IMG/VR virus record: IMGVR_UViG_2718218133_000001 | Length of the DNA: 64,000 bases | DNA from: a virus | Lineage: Duplodnaviria > Heunggongvirae > Uroviricota > Caudoviricetes | Strand: one strand, 5' to 3' | In this document: positions 10,751-21,699 of the stretch, piece after piece | How the letters are laid out: each line of letters opens with the position of its first letter | Position numbering within the stretch: the first letter of the stretch is position 1 | The notes under the pieces: model-generated | What the model saw: only the letters and a program-made list of their open reading frames with translations | What the model was told of the DNA's origin: nothing | Database searches by the model: none | Position numbers and translations under genes: made by a program

Positions 10751-11394
10751 GCAAGATTGATTATCAAAAGCTTCGTGAAATCGCTGAAAAAACAAAAATT
10801 GCTGGTGAAGCACCTGTAATGCCTTTCGATCAGCGAATTAATGCGCTTAACGATTTTATGAAGCACTTTTCGCCAGATATCGCGCTGGCATTGTTGGATG
10901 AACGGGAAAGAAACCAGCAATACATCAAACGCCGCGACCAGGAGAACGAGGAAATTGCGCTAACGGTAGGGAAGCTGCGTGTTGAGCTGGAAGGCAAAGA
11001 CAGCAAAATAGCCAATCTTACCGCCGAACGCGATGCTCTTCGTGAAGGTGAGATGGGCGACGCTAGGCATAGCAACACACGGGCCGCAGCTGATATCTAC
11101 TTCCAACTGGTCGAGGAGTGCGAAATTCCTGCTGGCGGATCTCTGGTCGAGTACGTTGACGATATGCGCGAGAAGCTGGAAGCCGCAGAGAAGCGCATTG
11201 CAGAGTTAGAAAGTGGTTCTCAGGCACAAAAGTTAGTTGAAGCAATCATTGTTGCGATAGAAAACGAACAGGAAAGGCTTTTTGATGAAGATTACCTAAT
11301 GGATTCGAAAGAATGCATTGACGTAATTCGTGAAGAAGTAAAGCGATGGAATGATTCCCGTGCCGCTGGCATTCGCATCAACGGAGGTGAGTAG
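10747..11394 (+). CDS. hypothetical coiled-coil protein (Ead/Ea22-like composition)
   Basis: 215 aa; E/K-rich helical sequence. Confidence 0.4.
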   Translation: MSKIDYQKLREIAEKTKIAGEAPVMPFDQRINALNDFMKHFSPDIALALLDERERNQQYIKRRDQENEEIALTVGKLRVELEGKDSKIANLTAERDALREGEMGDARHSNTRAAADIYFQLVEECEIPAGGSLVEYVDDMREKLEAAEKRIAELESGSQAQKLVEAIIVAIENEQERLFDEDYLMDSKECIDVIREEVKRWNDSRAAGIRINGGE

Positions 11395-11756
11395 TGCGTG
11401 TGGCATGTATCGGCTTGTTACCGTACCCGACTCGTTTTTGGGCTTCTGCGCTAATTGCAAAGCCACATGTCCTGATGGCTGACAACATCATCCCGGCACC
11501 AAAGCGCCGCCATACCGGTATTGCAGCGGCACGACGAGCAGCAAAGAGACGCAGGAGAGCAAAGCGATGAAAAACCGTAAAGCAAAGATTCTGTTAGTTC
11601 GTAGAAACGCTCCTGGCGTCTGGCAGTGGGTGAGACTCAGCAACCGACGGATGGGGTTAATGAAACATTACGGGATGATGGATTGTGGTTTTTGCAAAAA
11701 GCCCAGCGCGGCGCAAAACCGCTGGAAAAACCACTTGCGTACTAAAGGAGAGTGAT

Positions 11757-11966
11757 ATGGCTATCGCTGCAAGTTACACCATGCATCTCTATTGTGACTG
11801 CCGTCAGTGCACGGAAGGTGTATATCCAGTGCCAGACTTCGGTGAGTATATAGGTACGTCATGGGCTGGCTGTGCAAAAGAGGCGCGCAAGGATGGCTGG
11901 CGAATAAGCAAAGACAAAACGCGTGCTTTTGCGCCCGGGCATAAAGTTTTGAGGATTAACAAATGA
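11757..11966 (+). CDS. hypothetical Cys-rich small protein
   Basis: ATG with aaggag RBS inside the 93-aa track ORF; CDCRQC motif. Confidence 0.35.
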   Translation: MAIAASYTMHLYCDCRQCTEGVYPVPDFGEYIGTSWAGCAKEARKDGWRISKDKTRAFAPGHKVLRINK

Positions 11967-13240
11967 CCACTATAACCAAAGAGCGACTGCTGACAATCAA
12001 GCAGTGGCGCGAAACATACGGACCGGGTAGCAACGTTGTACTGCCAGCAGAAGAAGCGGAAGAACTGGCACGGATTGCTCTGGCATCGCTGGAAGCAAAA
12101 CCAATAGGTGCATTCCACATTGCAGAACAGCAAGTTGACGGCACAAGTGACTACCTCAAGGATGGAGAATGGCCTATTGATAATGGAATTATTGAGGTCT
12201 ACGCCGCTCCCCCCGTTCCAGTAGTACCGGAAGAAAAACCAATGCCTAACGCTCTAAGCATGCTTGAAAGAGAGATCACACAACTGATTGGTGATGCGCA
12301 GGAAGCCACTGTTACTGGCTATGAGTTAATCGCTGAAGCTTGGCGTTTGATGGATGGACAAGACCCTAAAACCAGCGATTGGCATAGCAAGGCTTCGAAG
12401 TATTTAAATTCCAATATTGTAGAAAAAGTTGATGATGACCGTATTGAGGCTGTTAAGGCTGTTTTGCGTAGACTGGCTGGCAACTCTCCGGTAATTCCAG
12501 GTGAGGTGCTGTCAGCAATTATGAAGGTTGCCAGGGTTCGTGCCGATTTCGATGATTTTGACGGTGACAGGCGAGGTGTCGGTGATTGTCTGGATGAGGC
12601 TGAGCAAGAGCTTATCGTTACCATTAACAAATATGCCAGTCAGTTGGCAGCAGAACCGATAGCGACTAATAACGTTCGAGAGCAGCAGACAGCCGTTCCG
12701 CCAGTTCCGGAAATACAGGATGATGTCGCGCAAGCAATTGAAAATCTCAAGCAGAAGTTAGTGGAATGCAATCGCTATAACTACTGCGCAGATGCAGTTA
12801 AAGGCGTAGAGGATGCCTGCCACGCTGCCATGCTTCAGGGTAGCCAACCTGTAAGCCAAACTTACAAGTTGCCAGTTAATACACCTTGCCAAGATGCGCC
12901 AGCCCATATCTGGCTGCAAACGGCTGGAGTATGGCCAGAAGATGGCGAGTTAAGCGAATTAACGTGGTGCAGCCACAATCAGCACCATGATGACACGCTA
13001 TATGTTCGAGCTGACCTTGTGAATGGCAACTCTCCGGTAACTCCGGATGGTTGGATAAGCTGTAGTGAGCGAATGCCCGCTCAAGATGATTGGATTTTAA
13101 TTTATTCAAAGCACGGTGAGTATATGGCAGGACAGGTGCAAGGGGAATACGTAGAGTTGAGCGACGGCACTTTATCGTGGTTAGGGAACGCCTTGTTCTG
13201 GATGCTGCTACCAGAACCTCCCCAGGAGGCAGGTCAATGA
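11963..13240 (+). CDS. hypothetical protein with DUF551-like C-terminus
   Basis: 425 aa; C-terminal PDGWISCSERMP..WILIYSK segment resembles the phage DUF551 module. Confidence 0.45.
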   Translation: MTTITKERLLTIKQWRETYGPGSNVVLPAEEAEELARIALASLEAKPIGAFHIAEQQVDGTSDYLKDGEWPIDNGIIEVYAAPPVPVVPEEKPMPNALSMLEREITQLIGDAQEATVTGYELIAEAWRLMDGQDPKTSDWHSKASKYLNSNIVEKVDDDRIEAVKAVLRRLAGNSPVIPGEVLSAIMKVARVRADFDDFDGDRRGVGDCLDEAEQELIVTINKYASQLAAEPIATNNVREQQTAVPPVPEIQDDVAQAIENLKQKLVECNRYNYCADAVKGVEDACHAAMLQGSQPVSQTYKLPVNTPCQDAPAHIWLQTAGVWPEDGELSELTWCSHNQHHDDTLYVRADLVNGNSPVTPDGWISCSERMPAQDDWILIYSKHGEYMAGQVQGEYVELSDGTLSWLGNALFWMLLPEPPQEAGQ

Positions 13241-13304
13241 GCTGGCCTGAAGCATTCGCAACGGTAGGAATTGTGATGGCGGCAGCACTGGGTTTGTATT
13301 CAAT

Positions 13305-13556
13305 TTGTCGCTGGTGGTAACGATGGGAAAAATAACTTTTGTAGTCGAATTTGAGGATGGCAAAGAGCCACCTGTTAGCGCCAATCTTGATGTTGCTGGT
13401 GGCAGGCTTGTTTCGGTTCTATTTGGTGACTACCGAGATGACTTCTTCCAACCAGAAGAAGTTGATGTAGTGCGAGAGGCATTAAACGAGTTAAGTGTTG
13501 ATAACGATGATGCTCATGCGGAAATCATCCAAAAAATGGAACTGCTAACTCACTAA
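13305..13556 (+). CDS. hypothetical small acidic protein
   Basis: 83-aa ORF. Confidence 0.3.
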   Translation: MSLVVTMGKITFVVEFEDGKEPPVSANLDVAGGRLVSVLFGDYRDDFFQPEEVDVVREALNELSVDNDDAHAEIIQKMELLTH

Positions 13557-13604
13557 ATTATCAATTATGGTGCTATCACCTACGACACCGAGAGAAAATT
13601 TATA

Positions 13605-13727
13605 ATGTCAAAAGTAAATGTTTTGATTTTTTCAGCAATTGTTGGCTTTGGTTTTACTGCCGGAGTGCAGATTTATATTACGTGGGAAAAAATCATCAAC
13701 TACGCATGGAGTTGTTTTATTAAGTGA
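13605..13727 (+). CDS. possible 40-aa hydrophobic membrane peptide
   Basis: MSKVNVLIFSAIVGFGFTAGVQIYITWEKIINYAWSCFIK; below the track size cutoff; weak RBS. Confidence 0.25.
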   Translation: MSKVNVLIFSAIVGFGFTAGVQIYITWEKIINYAWSCFIK

Positions 13728-13734
13728 GGTAAGT

Positions 13735-14028
13735 ATGTGGAGAGGTAATAGTCATGGCAAAAGCCAGATGATACTTACCGAATATCAGTTTGACCATAAA
13801 ACCAATAAATCACGTTCAGTATATTTGCTTCGGCACAATAGCCGCGTAAGGAATACCGTGCTGGAGCAAAATCTGACTGTTGAAATGGATAATTACGGGG
13901 GCTTCAAGCCAACAATTTCGCTTGATGATTTTCCTCGTGGTTTAAGCGAAAGAGAAGCAATGCTGAAATTAGCAGAATGGCTACAAAGATTAAGCATTGC
14001 TATTGAAGATAACTGGTCTGAACCTTAA
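13735..14028 (+). CDS. hypothetical protein (AT-rich)
   Basis: ATG with GAGGT RBS inside the track ORF 13639..14028. Confidence 0.35.
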   Translation: MWRGNSHGKSQMILTEYQFDHKTNKSRSVYLLRHNSRVRNTVLEQNLTVEMDNYGGFKPTISLDDFPRGLSEREAMLKLAEWLQRLSIAIEDNWSEP

Positions 14029-14034
14029 ATTTAT

Positions 14035-14409
14035 ATGATGACACTAAAACATTTTCTTGACCGCCCATTATGGGCGGCAGCCGCAGGCTATGACTTTAAT
14101 TATATGGATTGCATGTCTTATACCGCCAATGCATACGACCATTCCTTCAGTCTGCTGTTTAATTCTTTAAGAATATTGCCGCAAACAGAAGTTGGAGAGC
14201 TTCATTTATGGCTATTGGGCTTTATCGCGGCTGTCGTTGGTATTGCTATATGGCCTTTTATTTTCTGGCTGGTGGCTGTTGTAGTGTGGGTTAAGTGCAA
14301 GACATACCGGAAAAAGTATTTCTTAGGTGATGGAATGACTGATATTGCCAAAATGAACATTGAAGAATGGACTAAGGAATGTGAAAAGAAATGGCGCAAA
14401 AAGAAATGA
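14035..14409 (+). CDS. hypothetical membrane protein
   Basis: 124 aa; hydrophobic stretch LWLLGFIAAVVGIAIWPFIFWLVAVVVWV; Lys-rich C-terminus. Confidence 0.4.
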   Translation: MMTLKHFLDRPLWAAAAGYDFNYMDCMSYTANAYDHSFSLLFNSLRILPQTEVGELHLWLLGFIAAVVGIAIWPFIFWLVAVVVWVKCKTYRKKYFLGDGMTDIAKMNIEEWTKECEKKWRKKK

Positions 14410-15041
14410 CCAGAATCACTGAAGAGCGCATATCAGAGATTATTTCCCGTATCGAAATGTATGGTCACGGTGCTGGATATACGGCAGATGAAGTATTGGA
14501 AATAGCCCAGCAGATGCTGGCCTTGAGACAAAAAGAGCAACATGAAAGTAATACGTGTAGATTGAATTTTGAGCATTGGCTGGAACAGCAACGCGGGAAA
14601 ATCGATGTGGACTGTGGTTGTGTGTCCACTGAAACATTCATGCACTGGCTGCGGGTAGCTTACGAGGCTGGCAACTATCCGGATATTCCGGATAGTTCGG
14701 TGCCAGCACCAGGAAAGGGCGTCACCGGTGAACGTATCCGAATTAAGCCGCATGTTTATCGCGAACTGGTTAACCGTCTCCACGATACAGCGATCAAGTG
14801 TGCTGGCACCCAGCAATTACGAGAAAGAATTAGCCGTGTTTTGGGCGACGTTATTACACCAGATCATCATAAACAAGCCGAGAAAAGTGGCCTGGAAAGG
14901 TGTCGCCTTGAGGCGGCATTAAACATTAAGCCGGGGCATACGCTTGGCATTATTGATGCACTATTGGTTCATAAGATGGCCAGGGCTTTATTGCCGCTGG
15001 TGGCTGAAAAGCATGAGGTGGACCATGCCAACGAAAGCTGA
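14391..15041 (+). CDS. hypothetical protein
   Basis: 216-aa ORF. Confidence 0.4.
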   Translation: MAQKEMTRITEERISEIISRIEMYGHGAGYTADEVLEIAQQMLALRQKEQHESNTCRLNFEHWLEQQRGKIDVDCGCVSTETFMHWLRVAYEAGNYPDIPDSSVPAPGKGVTGERIRIKPHVYRELVNRLHDTAIKCAGTQQLRERISRVLGDVITPDHHKQAEKSGLERCRLEAALNIKPGHTLGIIDALLVHKMARALLPLVAEKHEVDHANES

Positions 15042-15293
15042 ATTACAGGTGCGCGTAGATGAGCTTGAAAAAGAGAACGCGAGCCTCAAAAAAATGCTGT
15101 CGCGGGCGGAAAGGGAATTATCAGGCAAATTATTGCCAGAAGAACTGCCACCAGCAGATATACCTGATCGAGTGTCCTGGTGGATGAAGTATTTCCGTGC
15201 ACCGTGGGAGGCGTTTTGGTGCTACGACCATCGCAGATGGTGTGATGAACTTGATAGCAATTTTCCCTACTTTGCGGAAGGGAACACCTGCCC

Positions 15294-15644
15294 TCAATGC
15301 AGGGGATAGCATTTGACGAAATCGATCACCCTATCCTGAACTTCAGAAAGAAGGTCTTTTTCACGCGCCAGGACGTCAGGATATTGACGTTCTGGCCTTA
15401 CCAGATGCCGGAGCTTCCCATTAAGCAGAATGGCCTCAGAAAACACTTTTACGCTGTGCTTTATCCCCTCTGTTTCACTTTTCAGCGTCAAAATAAAGCG
15501 CAATTGCTTATTAGCCTGATTCGGATTCAATACACGAATTTGCAGTTCGTCTATGCTGTTCCGCAATGGGATTGATGCCACCACACTGGTGCAGTCTCTG
15601 ATTGTCTGAATTGAACGGCTAACATTGAGAACGTTATTGTGCAT
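15294..15644 (-). CDS. hypothetical protein
   Basis: 116-aa minus-strand ORF between plus-strand blocks. Confidence 0.3.
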   Translation of the reverse strand: MHNNVLNVSRSIQTIRDCTSVVASIPLRNSIDELQIRVLNPNQANKQLRFILTLKSETEGIKHSVKVFSEAILLNGKLRHLVRPERQYPDVLAREKDLLSEVQDRVIDFVKCYPLH

Positions 15645-15676
15645 GTGCCTGATCCACTAACTCCTGGAGGTTTCTT

Positions 15677-15928
15677 GTGTCAGATCGAAATATAGCAGCT
15701 AAAAGCCAGGAAGAGCGAGACAAGGTGAACGTAGACCTTGCCGCCAGCGGCGTTGCTTACAAAGAACGGCTGAATATACCTGTGATTGCAGAGCAGGTGG
15801 CCCGTGAGCAACCGGAAAACCTGCGCGCCTATTTCATGGAACGGCTACGGCACTACCGGCAGTTAAGCCTCCAGTTGCCAAAAGGGAGCGATCCGGTGTA
15901 TCAGAACGAGGATGCACCAAAAAAATAA
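15677..15928 (+). CDS. hypothetical small protein
   Basis: 83-aa ORF. Confidence 0.3.
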   Translation: MSDRNIAAKSQEERDKVNVDLAASGVAYKERLNIPVIAEQVAREQPENLRAYFMERLRHYRQLSLQLPKGSDPVYQNEDAPKK

Positions 15929-16013
15929 CGGCAAGATGGGGGAGAAATGTGATTAGCCCCCAGCGTGGCGCGCCTACAAACCCCGCTTTCACAAACTATG
16001 CCTTTTCAATGTA

Positions 16014-16033
16014 TACTGTATGAATAAACAGTA
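16014..16033 (+). promoter_or_regulatory. LexA (SOS) box
   Basis: tactgtatgaataaacagta fits CTGT-N8-ACAG, 19 bp upstream of the humD ATG and overlapping a -10-like tatact. Confidence 0.7.
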
Positions 16034-16051
16034 TCATTGAGGTAAAACGCT

Positions 16052-16441
16052 ATGGGCTTCCCTTCTCCTGCGGCGGATTATGTTGAAAGCCGAATTTCTC
16101 TTGATCAGCAGATAATTAGACATCCTTCAGCGACCTACTTCATGCGGGCAGCTGATAGCCATCACCGTGAGGGAATATTGCAGGGTGCTTTGCTGGTGGT
16201 TGATTCCTCGCTTACTCCGGTTGATGGTTCTCTGCTTGTGTGCGCTATGGAGGGTGAATATCGCATAAAGAGATACAGGAAGTATCCGCGCCAGCACCTG
16301 GAGGACTTAAGCACCGGGAAGAAAGAGGCGTTACCAGTAGATGACGATGGATACACGGGCAGTAATGCTGTTTTTGGTGTGATCACTCATGTCATCAATG
16401 ATGCCCGAAGTGGGGAATTTGATGATTGTCCGGTTATTTAA
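16052..16441 (+). CDS. humD: UmuD-like S24 peptidase (P1 HumD)
   Basis: 129 aa; LexA/UmuD-type C-terminal domain pattern; preceded by the LexA box. Confidence 0.8.
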   Translation: MGFPSPAADYVESRISLDQQIIRHPSATYFMRAADSHHREGILQGALLVVDSSLTPVDGSLLVCAMEGEYRIKRYRKYPRQHLEDLSTGKKEALPVDDDGYTGSNAVFGVITHVINDARSGEFDDCPVI

Positions 16442-16513
16442 GCTGCAAAGTGCTGGTGCTTTATGCCTGTGAAGTTTATAATTGTGTACACATAACGAGT
16501 ACACGAGGTGTTT

Positions 16514-16735
16514 ATGCAATCCATTAACTTCCGTACCGCGCGTGGCAACCTTTCTGAAGTGCTCAACAATGTTGAAGCCGGGGAAGAGGTTGAAATCACC
16601 CGCAGAGGCCGTGAGCCAGCAGTAATTGTCAGCAAGGCTACTTTCGAAGCCTACAAAAAAGCGGCGCTGGATGCTGAATTTGCATCCCTGTTTGACACCC
16701 TGGACTCCACCAACAAGGAACTGGTTAACCGATAA
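16514..16735 (+). CDS. phd: Phd antitoxin
   Basis: 73 aa, [32 protein letters not shown].. recognised as P1 Phd; stop overlaps the doc start (TAATG). Confidence 0.9.
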   Translation: MQSINFRTARGNLSEVLNNVEAGEEVEITRRGREPAVIVSKATFEAYKKAALDAEFASLFDTLDSTNKELVNR

Positions 16736-17115
16736 TGAGACATATATCACCGGAAGAACTTGTTGCGCTTCATGATGCGAATATAAGCCGCTACGGCGGC
16801 CTGCCGGGAATGTCTGATCCGGGTAGGGCAGAGGCCATTATCGGGAGAGTTCAGGCCAGAGTTGCCTACGAAGAGATCACCGACCTTTTCGAAGTCTCCG
16901 CCACCTACCTGGTGGCTACAGCGAGAGGGCATATATTCAATGATGCCAATAAGCGTACCGCGCTAAACAGTGCGCTGCTATTTCTACGCCGTAACGGGGT
17001 GCAGGTATTTGATTCACCTGAACTGGCAGACCTTACCGTAGGCGCTGCGACTGGCGAGATATCTGTATCTTCTGTCGCCGACACGTTACGTAGATTGTAT
17101 GGTTCTGCGGAGTAG
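16735..17115 (+). CDS. doc: Doc toxin (Fic-fold kinase)
   Basis: 126 aa, [22 protein letters not shown].. recognised as P1 Doc. Confidence 0.9.
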
Positions 17116-17326
17116 ATTAATGGCACGTAAATACAACAAGTTGTCCCGTGAAGCGTTAAAGATGCTTCTTGATGGCGTGAGCCGCCGCAAGGTAAAGCAA
17201 TACCTGGTTGGTAAGCAAATTGGAGTCAGGACCGCTATTGCTGTGTTATGCCGTCAGGAAATGGTTGTGCTTAAACAGAGAATGCCGGGCAGCAGATAAA
17301 GCCCAATCAGTGATTAAAGGTGTGAT

Positions 17327-18370
17327 GTGAAAGCCATAATTACTCCCTTTGTACAGAAAGAGCTTGGCCTCGCCACGTTCAAAGTGGATCAGGAGGTCAG
17401 AAAGCTGGTGGAGGCTGGCCGTAAATTTATTATGGAGCCGGTGCCGCGTGAGTTAATCGAGCACATGGAAGACGGCCTCGTTGTTACCGAGCAAACCATG
17501 GCAACAAATGAGGCGTTGCAGCCGTTTTTTAACAGCGATGAACTGTTTCGCCGTATTGGTGGAATTGACTCGCTGGTGGCGTGGTTGCGTAGGAAAGAGG
17601 GTCAATGCCAGGCCGCAGATCGTAGTTGGTGTGACAACCATATTGTCCACGCTGAACGAGACAATAGCGCGGTGTTGTTGTGCTGGCATCACGATAACCA
17701 TTACCGGATGCGTGGTTTTAATGAGCTGAAAGAAACGCTGCACAATAATCGCGTTAACTGGATACTGGATGTCGCCCGTCAGGAAATGGGCCTTTCAAAT
17801 AGCCATGATTTAAGTATTCAGGAGCTGTGCTGGTGGGCTTTCATGCGCAACATGATGCACCTGATGCCGGAAGAAGTCTGCCGCATATCAATAAATAAGA
17901 TGAAGGCTACTCCGCAGGATAGCGGACCTCTGAAAGAGGCGGATATTCGCCCGTATGACGATCGCGCTACAGCATATGTTCAGATGATGGAAGAACGCGC
18001 CGCGCCGATGCGTGCAAAAGTATGCCCTGTGGATGTTGACTCCGATCCAGGTATGGCGCATTTCAAAATACCAAAACTTCAATCGCTAAAATTGCCCGAG
18101 TACATGGACTTTGTGGCTTCCCGTCCATGCTGTGGCTGTGGAGCTGCGGGAGCTGGCGCTCACATTACGCCTTATATCGTTCGTCATAGTCGATTATGCG
18201 CGCATGACATTTATGCTATTCCTCTGTGCCAGTCATGCCAGCGTGATATTGAGCGTGACCGCGATAATTGGGAGAAGACGCACGGTAGGCTGGCGATGCA
18301 TCAACGATTGTTCTTTGATTACGCGCTTGGAGTCGGCGCTATCACAAGTCATTCGTCGAGCGTTAGATAA
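17327..18370 (+). CDS. hypothetical protein (post-doc position; pdcB-like by synteny)
   Basis: 347 aa; Cys/His-rich C-terminus ([18 protein letters not shown]). Confidence 0.45.
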   Translation: MKAIITPFVQKELGLATFKVDQEVRKLVEAGRKFIMEPVPRELIEHMEDGLVVTEQTMATNEALQPFFNSDELFRRIGGIDSLVAWLRRKEGQCQAADRSWCDNHIVHAERDNSAVLLCWHHDNHYRMRGFNELKETLHNNRVNWILDVARQEMGLSNSHDLSIQELCWWAFMRNMMHLMPEEVCRISINKMKATPQDSGPLKEADIRPYDDRATAYVQMMEERAAPMRAKVCPVDVDSDPGMAHFKIPKLQSLKLPEYMDFVASRPCCGCGAAGAGAHITPYIVRHSRLCAHDIYAIPLCQSCQRDIERDRDNWEKTHGRLAMHQRLFFDYALGVGAITSHSSSVR

Positions 18371-18371
18371 A

Positions 18372-18388
18372 ATTGCTCTAATGTATTG
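18372..18388 (+). promoter_or_regulatory. C1 operator-like 17-mer upstream of lpa
   Basis: attgctctaatgtattg; P1 lpa is C1-controlled, as remembered. Confidence 0.5.
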
Positions 18389-18458
18389 CTATTTCTTTAA
18401 TCGAGGGTATTATATTCGACGTTGATTAGTTGACATGGGCTAATCAGTAGGTGACAGG

Positions 18459-18911
18459 ATGTTACTTAACTGGCAGGGACGCCACTTCATGGAAATAAAT
18501 CACTCACGAATAACATCGTACGAGATTGCGGATTACATGATCCGCACTAAATCTCTTCTATCAGCGAAAGAACTCGCAGCAATTCTTGAAAAGGAATACC
18601 CGCATCTGGATGTCGATAAGCGCGATGTTTATCTGCGCTTAAAGGCTATCGCTGTGTCTAAGTATTCGTCTGTTTTGATTGATGACAGTACACGCCCACG
18701 TAGATTTCAGATCCACTCTCTGAATCCTGAATTCTTTCGCCGCAGCCGCGCTCCGCGCCGGTTTGATGAAAAACTCCAGAACGAACTCTATATGACGCAG
18801 GACGAAAAGGAACGCCGGGAGCACCAGCCTTGGGTGATGGCGCGTCAACTTTTCAATAAGGTGGTCCGTCAGCACCGTCATTACGGTAATGCCACATCCG
18901 CACGTATCTGA
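18459..18911 (+). CDS. lpa: late promoter activator Lpa-like protein
   Basis: 150-aa ORF immediately upstream of pacA with a C1 operator in front; assignment by position and size. Confidence 0.5.
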   Translation: MLLNWQGRHFMEINHSRITSYEIADYMIRTKSLLSAKELAAILEKEYPHLDVDKRDVYLRLKAIAVSKYSSVLIDDSTRPRRFQIHSLNPEFFRRSRAPRRFDEKLQNELYMTQDEKERREHQPWVMARQLFNKVVRQHRHYGNATSARI

Positions 18912-18997
18912 TTGATTGCTTGCCCGTTCCGGGCCTTTTGACATGTGACTTTCGTTACCCTCGCGTCAAAAAGAGTTTTATACGAAAGGAAGCATAA

Positions 18998-20191
18998 GTG
19001 ACCTGGGACGATCACAAGAAGAATTTTGCTCGCCTGGCGCGAGATGGTGGTTACACCATCGCACAGTATGCCGCCGAGTTTAATCTTAACCCTAATACCG
19101 CACGTCGTTATCTCCGTGCCTTCAAAGAAGACACCAGGACAGCGGACAGCCGCAAGCCAAATAAGCCAGTCAGGAAGCCTCTAAAAAGCATGATCATTGA
19201 TCACGCTAATGATCAACGTGCAGGTGATCACATTGTGGCTGAAATGGCTGAAAAACAAAGAGTTAATGCTGTTGTCAGTGCCGCAGTCGAGAACGCTAAG
19301 CGCCAAAATAAGCGCATAAATGATCGTTCTGATGATCATGACGTGATCACCCGCGCCCACCGTACCTTACGTGATCGCCTGGAACGCGACACCCTGGATG
19401 ATGATGGTGAACGCTTTGAATTCGAAGCTGGCGATTACCTGATAGATAACGTTGAAGCGCGGAAGGCCGCGCGCGCTATGTTGCGTCGGTCCGGGGCCGA
19501 TGTTCTGGAAACCACTCTTCTGGAAAAGTCTCTTTCTCATCTCCTTATGCTGGAGAACGCCAGGGATACGTGTATTCGCCTGGTGCAGGAAATGCGCGAT
19601 CAGCAAAAAGACGATGATGAAGGTACTCCGCCTGAATACCGTATCGCGAGCATGCTAAACAGCTGTTCCGCGCAGATAAGCAGCCTGATCAATACCATTT
19701 ACAGCATCCGGAATAACTATCGAAAAGAAAGCCGGGAGGCGGAAAAGCACGCTTTATCTATGGGGCAAGCTGGCATTGTTAAGCTGGCATACGAACGAAA
19801 GCGTGAAAATAACTGGTCAGTGCTGGAAGCGGCTGAATTCATCGAGGCGCATGGAGGAAAAGTGCCTCCCCTGATGCTGGAGCAAATCAAAGCCGATCTG
19901 CGTGCTCCTAAGACCAATACCGATGATGAGGAAAACCAAACAGCATCTGGCGCTCCATCACTTGAAGATCTGGATAAAATCGCGCGAGAACGGGCCGCCA
20001 GCCGCCGCGCTGATGCCGCATTGTGGATTGAGCATCGTAGAGAAGAAATTGCCGATATCGTCGATACAGGTGGTTATGGTGATGTCGATGCGGAAGGCAT
20101 ATCAAACGAAGCATGGCTTGAACAGGATCTGGACGAAGACGAGGAGGAAGACGAAGAAGTTACCCGCAAACTGTACGGGGATGATGATTAA
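18998..20191 (+). CDS. pacA: terminase small subunit PacA
   Basis: 397 aa; the GATC-hexamer pac cluster lies inside its 5' part; acidic C-terminus; GTG start. Confidence 0.8.
19191..19349 (+). other. pac packaging site (clustered TGATCA/G hexamers)
   Basis: Four hexamers at 19191-19230 and three at 19321-19349, the 4+3 arrangement of the P1 pac site. Confidence 0.8.
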
Positions 20192-21675
20192 TGGCCAGAA
20201 GTTGCGTAACGGACCCACGTTGGCGCGAGCTGGTGGCGCTATATCGTTATGACTGGATTGCGGCCGCTGATGTGTTGTTTGGGAAGACACCAACCTGGCA
20301 GCAGGATGAGATCATTGAGTCCACGCAGCAGGACGGCAGTTGGACAAGTGTGACCTCCGGCCATGGTACTGGTAAATCGGATATGACGAGTATCATTGCA
20401 ATACTCTTCATCATGTTTTTCCCCGGCGCTCGCGTCATTCTGGTCGCTAACAAAAGACAGCAAGTCCTTGATGGTATTTTCAAATACATAAAGAGCAATT
20501 GGGCTACTGCTGTTAGCAGATTCCCGTGGTTGTCGAAGTATTTCATTCTTACAGAAACGTCTTTTTTTGAGGTGACTGGCAAGGGTGTTTGGACAATATT
20601 GATAAAGTCCTGTCGCCCCGGGAATGAGGAGGCGTTGGCTGGTGAACACGCCGATCATCTCTTGTATATCATCGACGAAGCGTCGGGTGTGAGTGATAAA
20701 GCATTCAGTGTGATAACAGGTGCGCTGACCGGTAAGGATAACCGTATTCTGCTTCTTTCCCAGCCTACGCGACCTTCAGGCTATTTCTACGATTCACACC
20801 ACAGACTAGCTATTCGCCCGGGAAATCCTGATGGATTGTTTACTGCGATAATACTGAATAGTGAAGAATCTCCGCTTGTAGATGCAAAATTTATACGAGC
20901 AAAACTTGCGGAGTATGGCGGTCGTGATAACCCCATGTACATGATCAAAGTACGTGGTGAATTTCCCAAATCTCAAGATGGCTTTCTTCTTGGTCGTGAT
21001 GAGGTTGAGCGGGCGACGCGGCGAAAGGTCAAGATTGCCAAAGGATGGGGCTGGGTTGCATGTGTTGACGTTGCTGGTGGCACAGGACGAGATAAGTCCG
21101 TTATTAATATCATGATGGTGTCCGGCCAGCGAAATAAACGCCGTGTAATCAACTATCGTATGCTGGAATACACAGACGTTACAGAAACGCAGTTAGCCGC
21201 CAAGATTTTCGCAGAATGTAACCCAGAACGGTTCCCGAACATAACCATAGCTATTGATGGCGATGGCTTGGGGAAATCGACGGCTGATCTAATGTACGAA
21301 CGCTATGGCATTACCGTCCAGCGTATCCGCTGGGGTAAAAAGATGCACAGCCGTGAAGATAAAAGCCTTTATTTCGATATGCGCGCTTTCGCGAATATTC
21401 AGGCGGCAGAAGCTGTAAAATCAGGGCGTATGAGGCTTGATAAGGGGGCTGCGACTATAGAGGAAGCATCAAAGATACCGGTAGGGATAAATTCCGCAGG
21501 TCAATGGAAGGTGATGTCAAAGGAAGATATGAAGAAAAAACTCAACCTGCACTCACCGGACCATTGGGATACATATTGTTTCGCTATGTTGGCGAACTAT
21601 GTTCCCCAGGATGAAGTGCTTAGCGTCGAAGACGAAGCGCAGGTTGATGAAGCTCTGGCATGGCTTAATGAATAA
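20191..21675 (+). CDS. pacB: terminase large subunit PacB
   Basis: 494 aa; Walker-A-like [12 protein letters not shown] motif; ATG overlaps the pacA stop. Confidence 0.85.
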
Positions 21676-21699
21676 CTCATTAACCATGCCGGATAGAAA

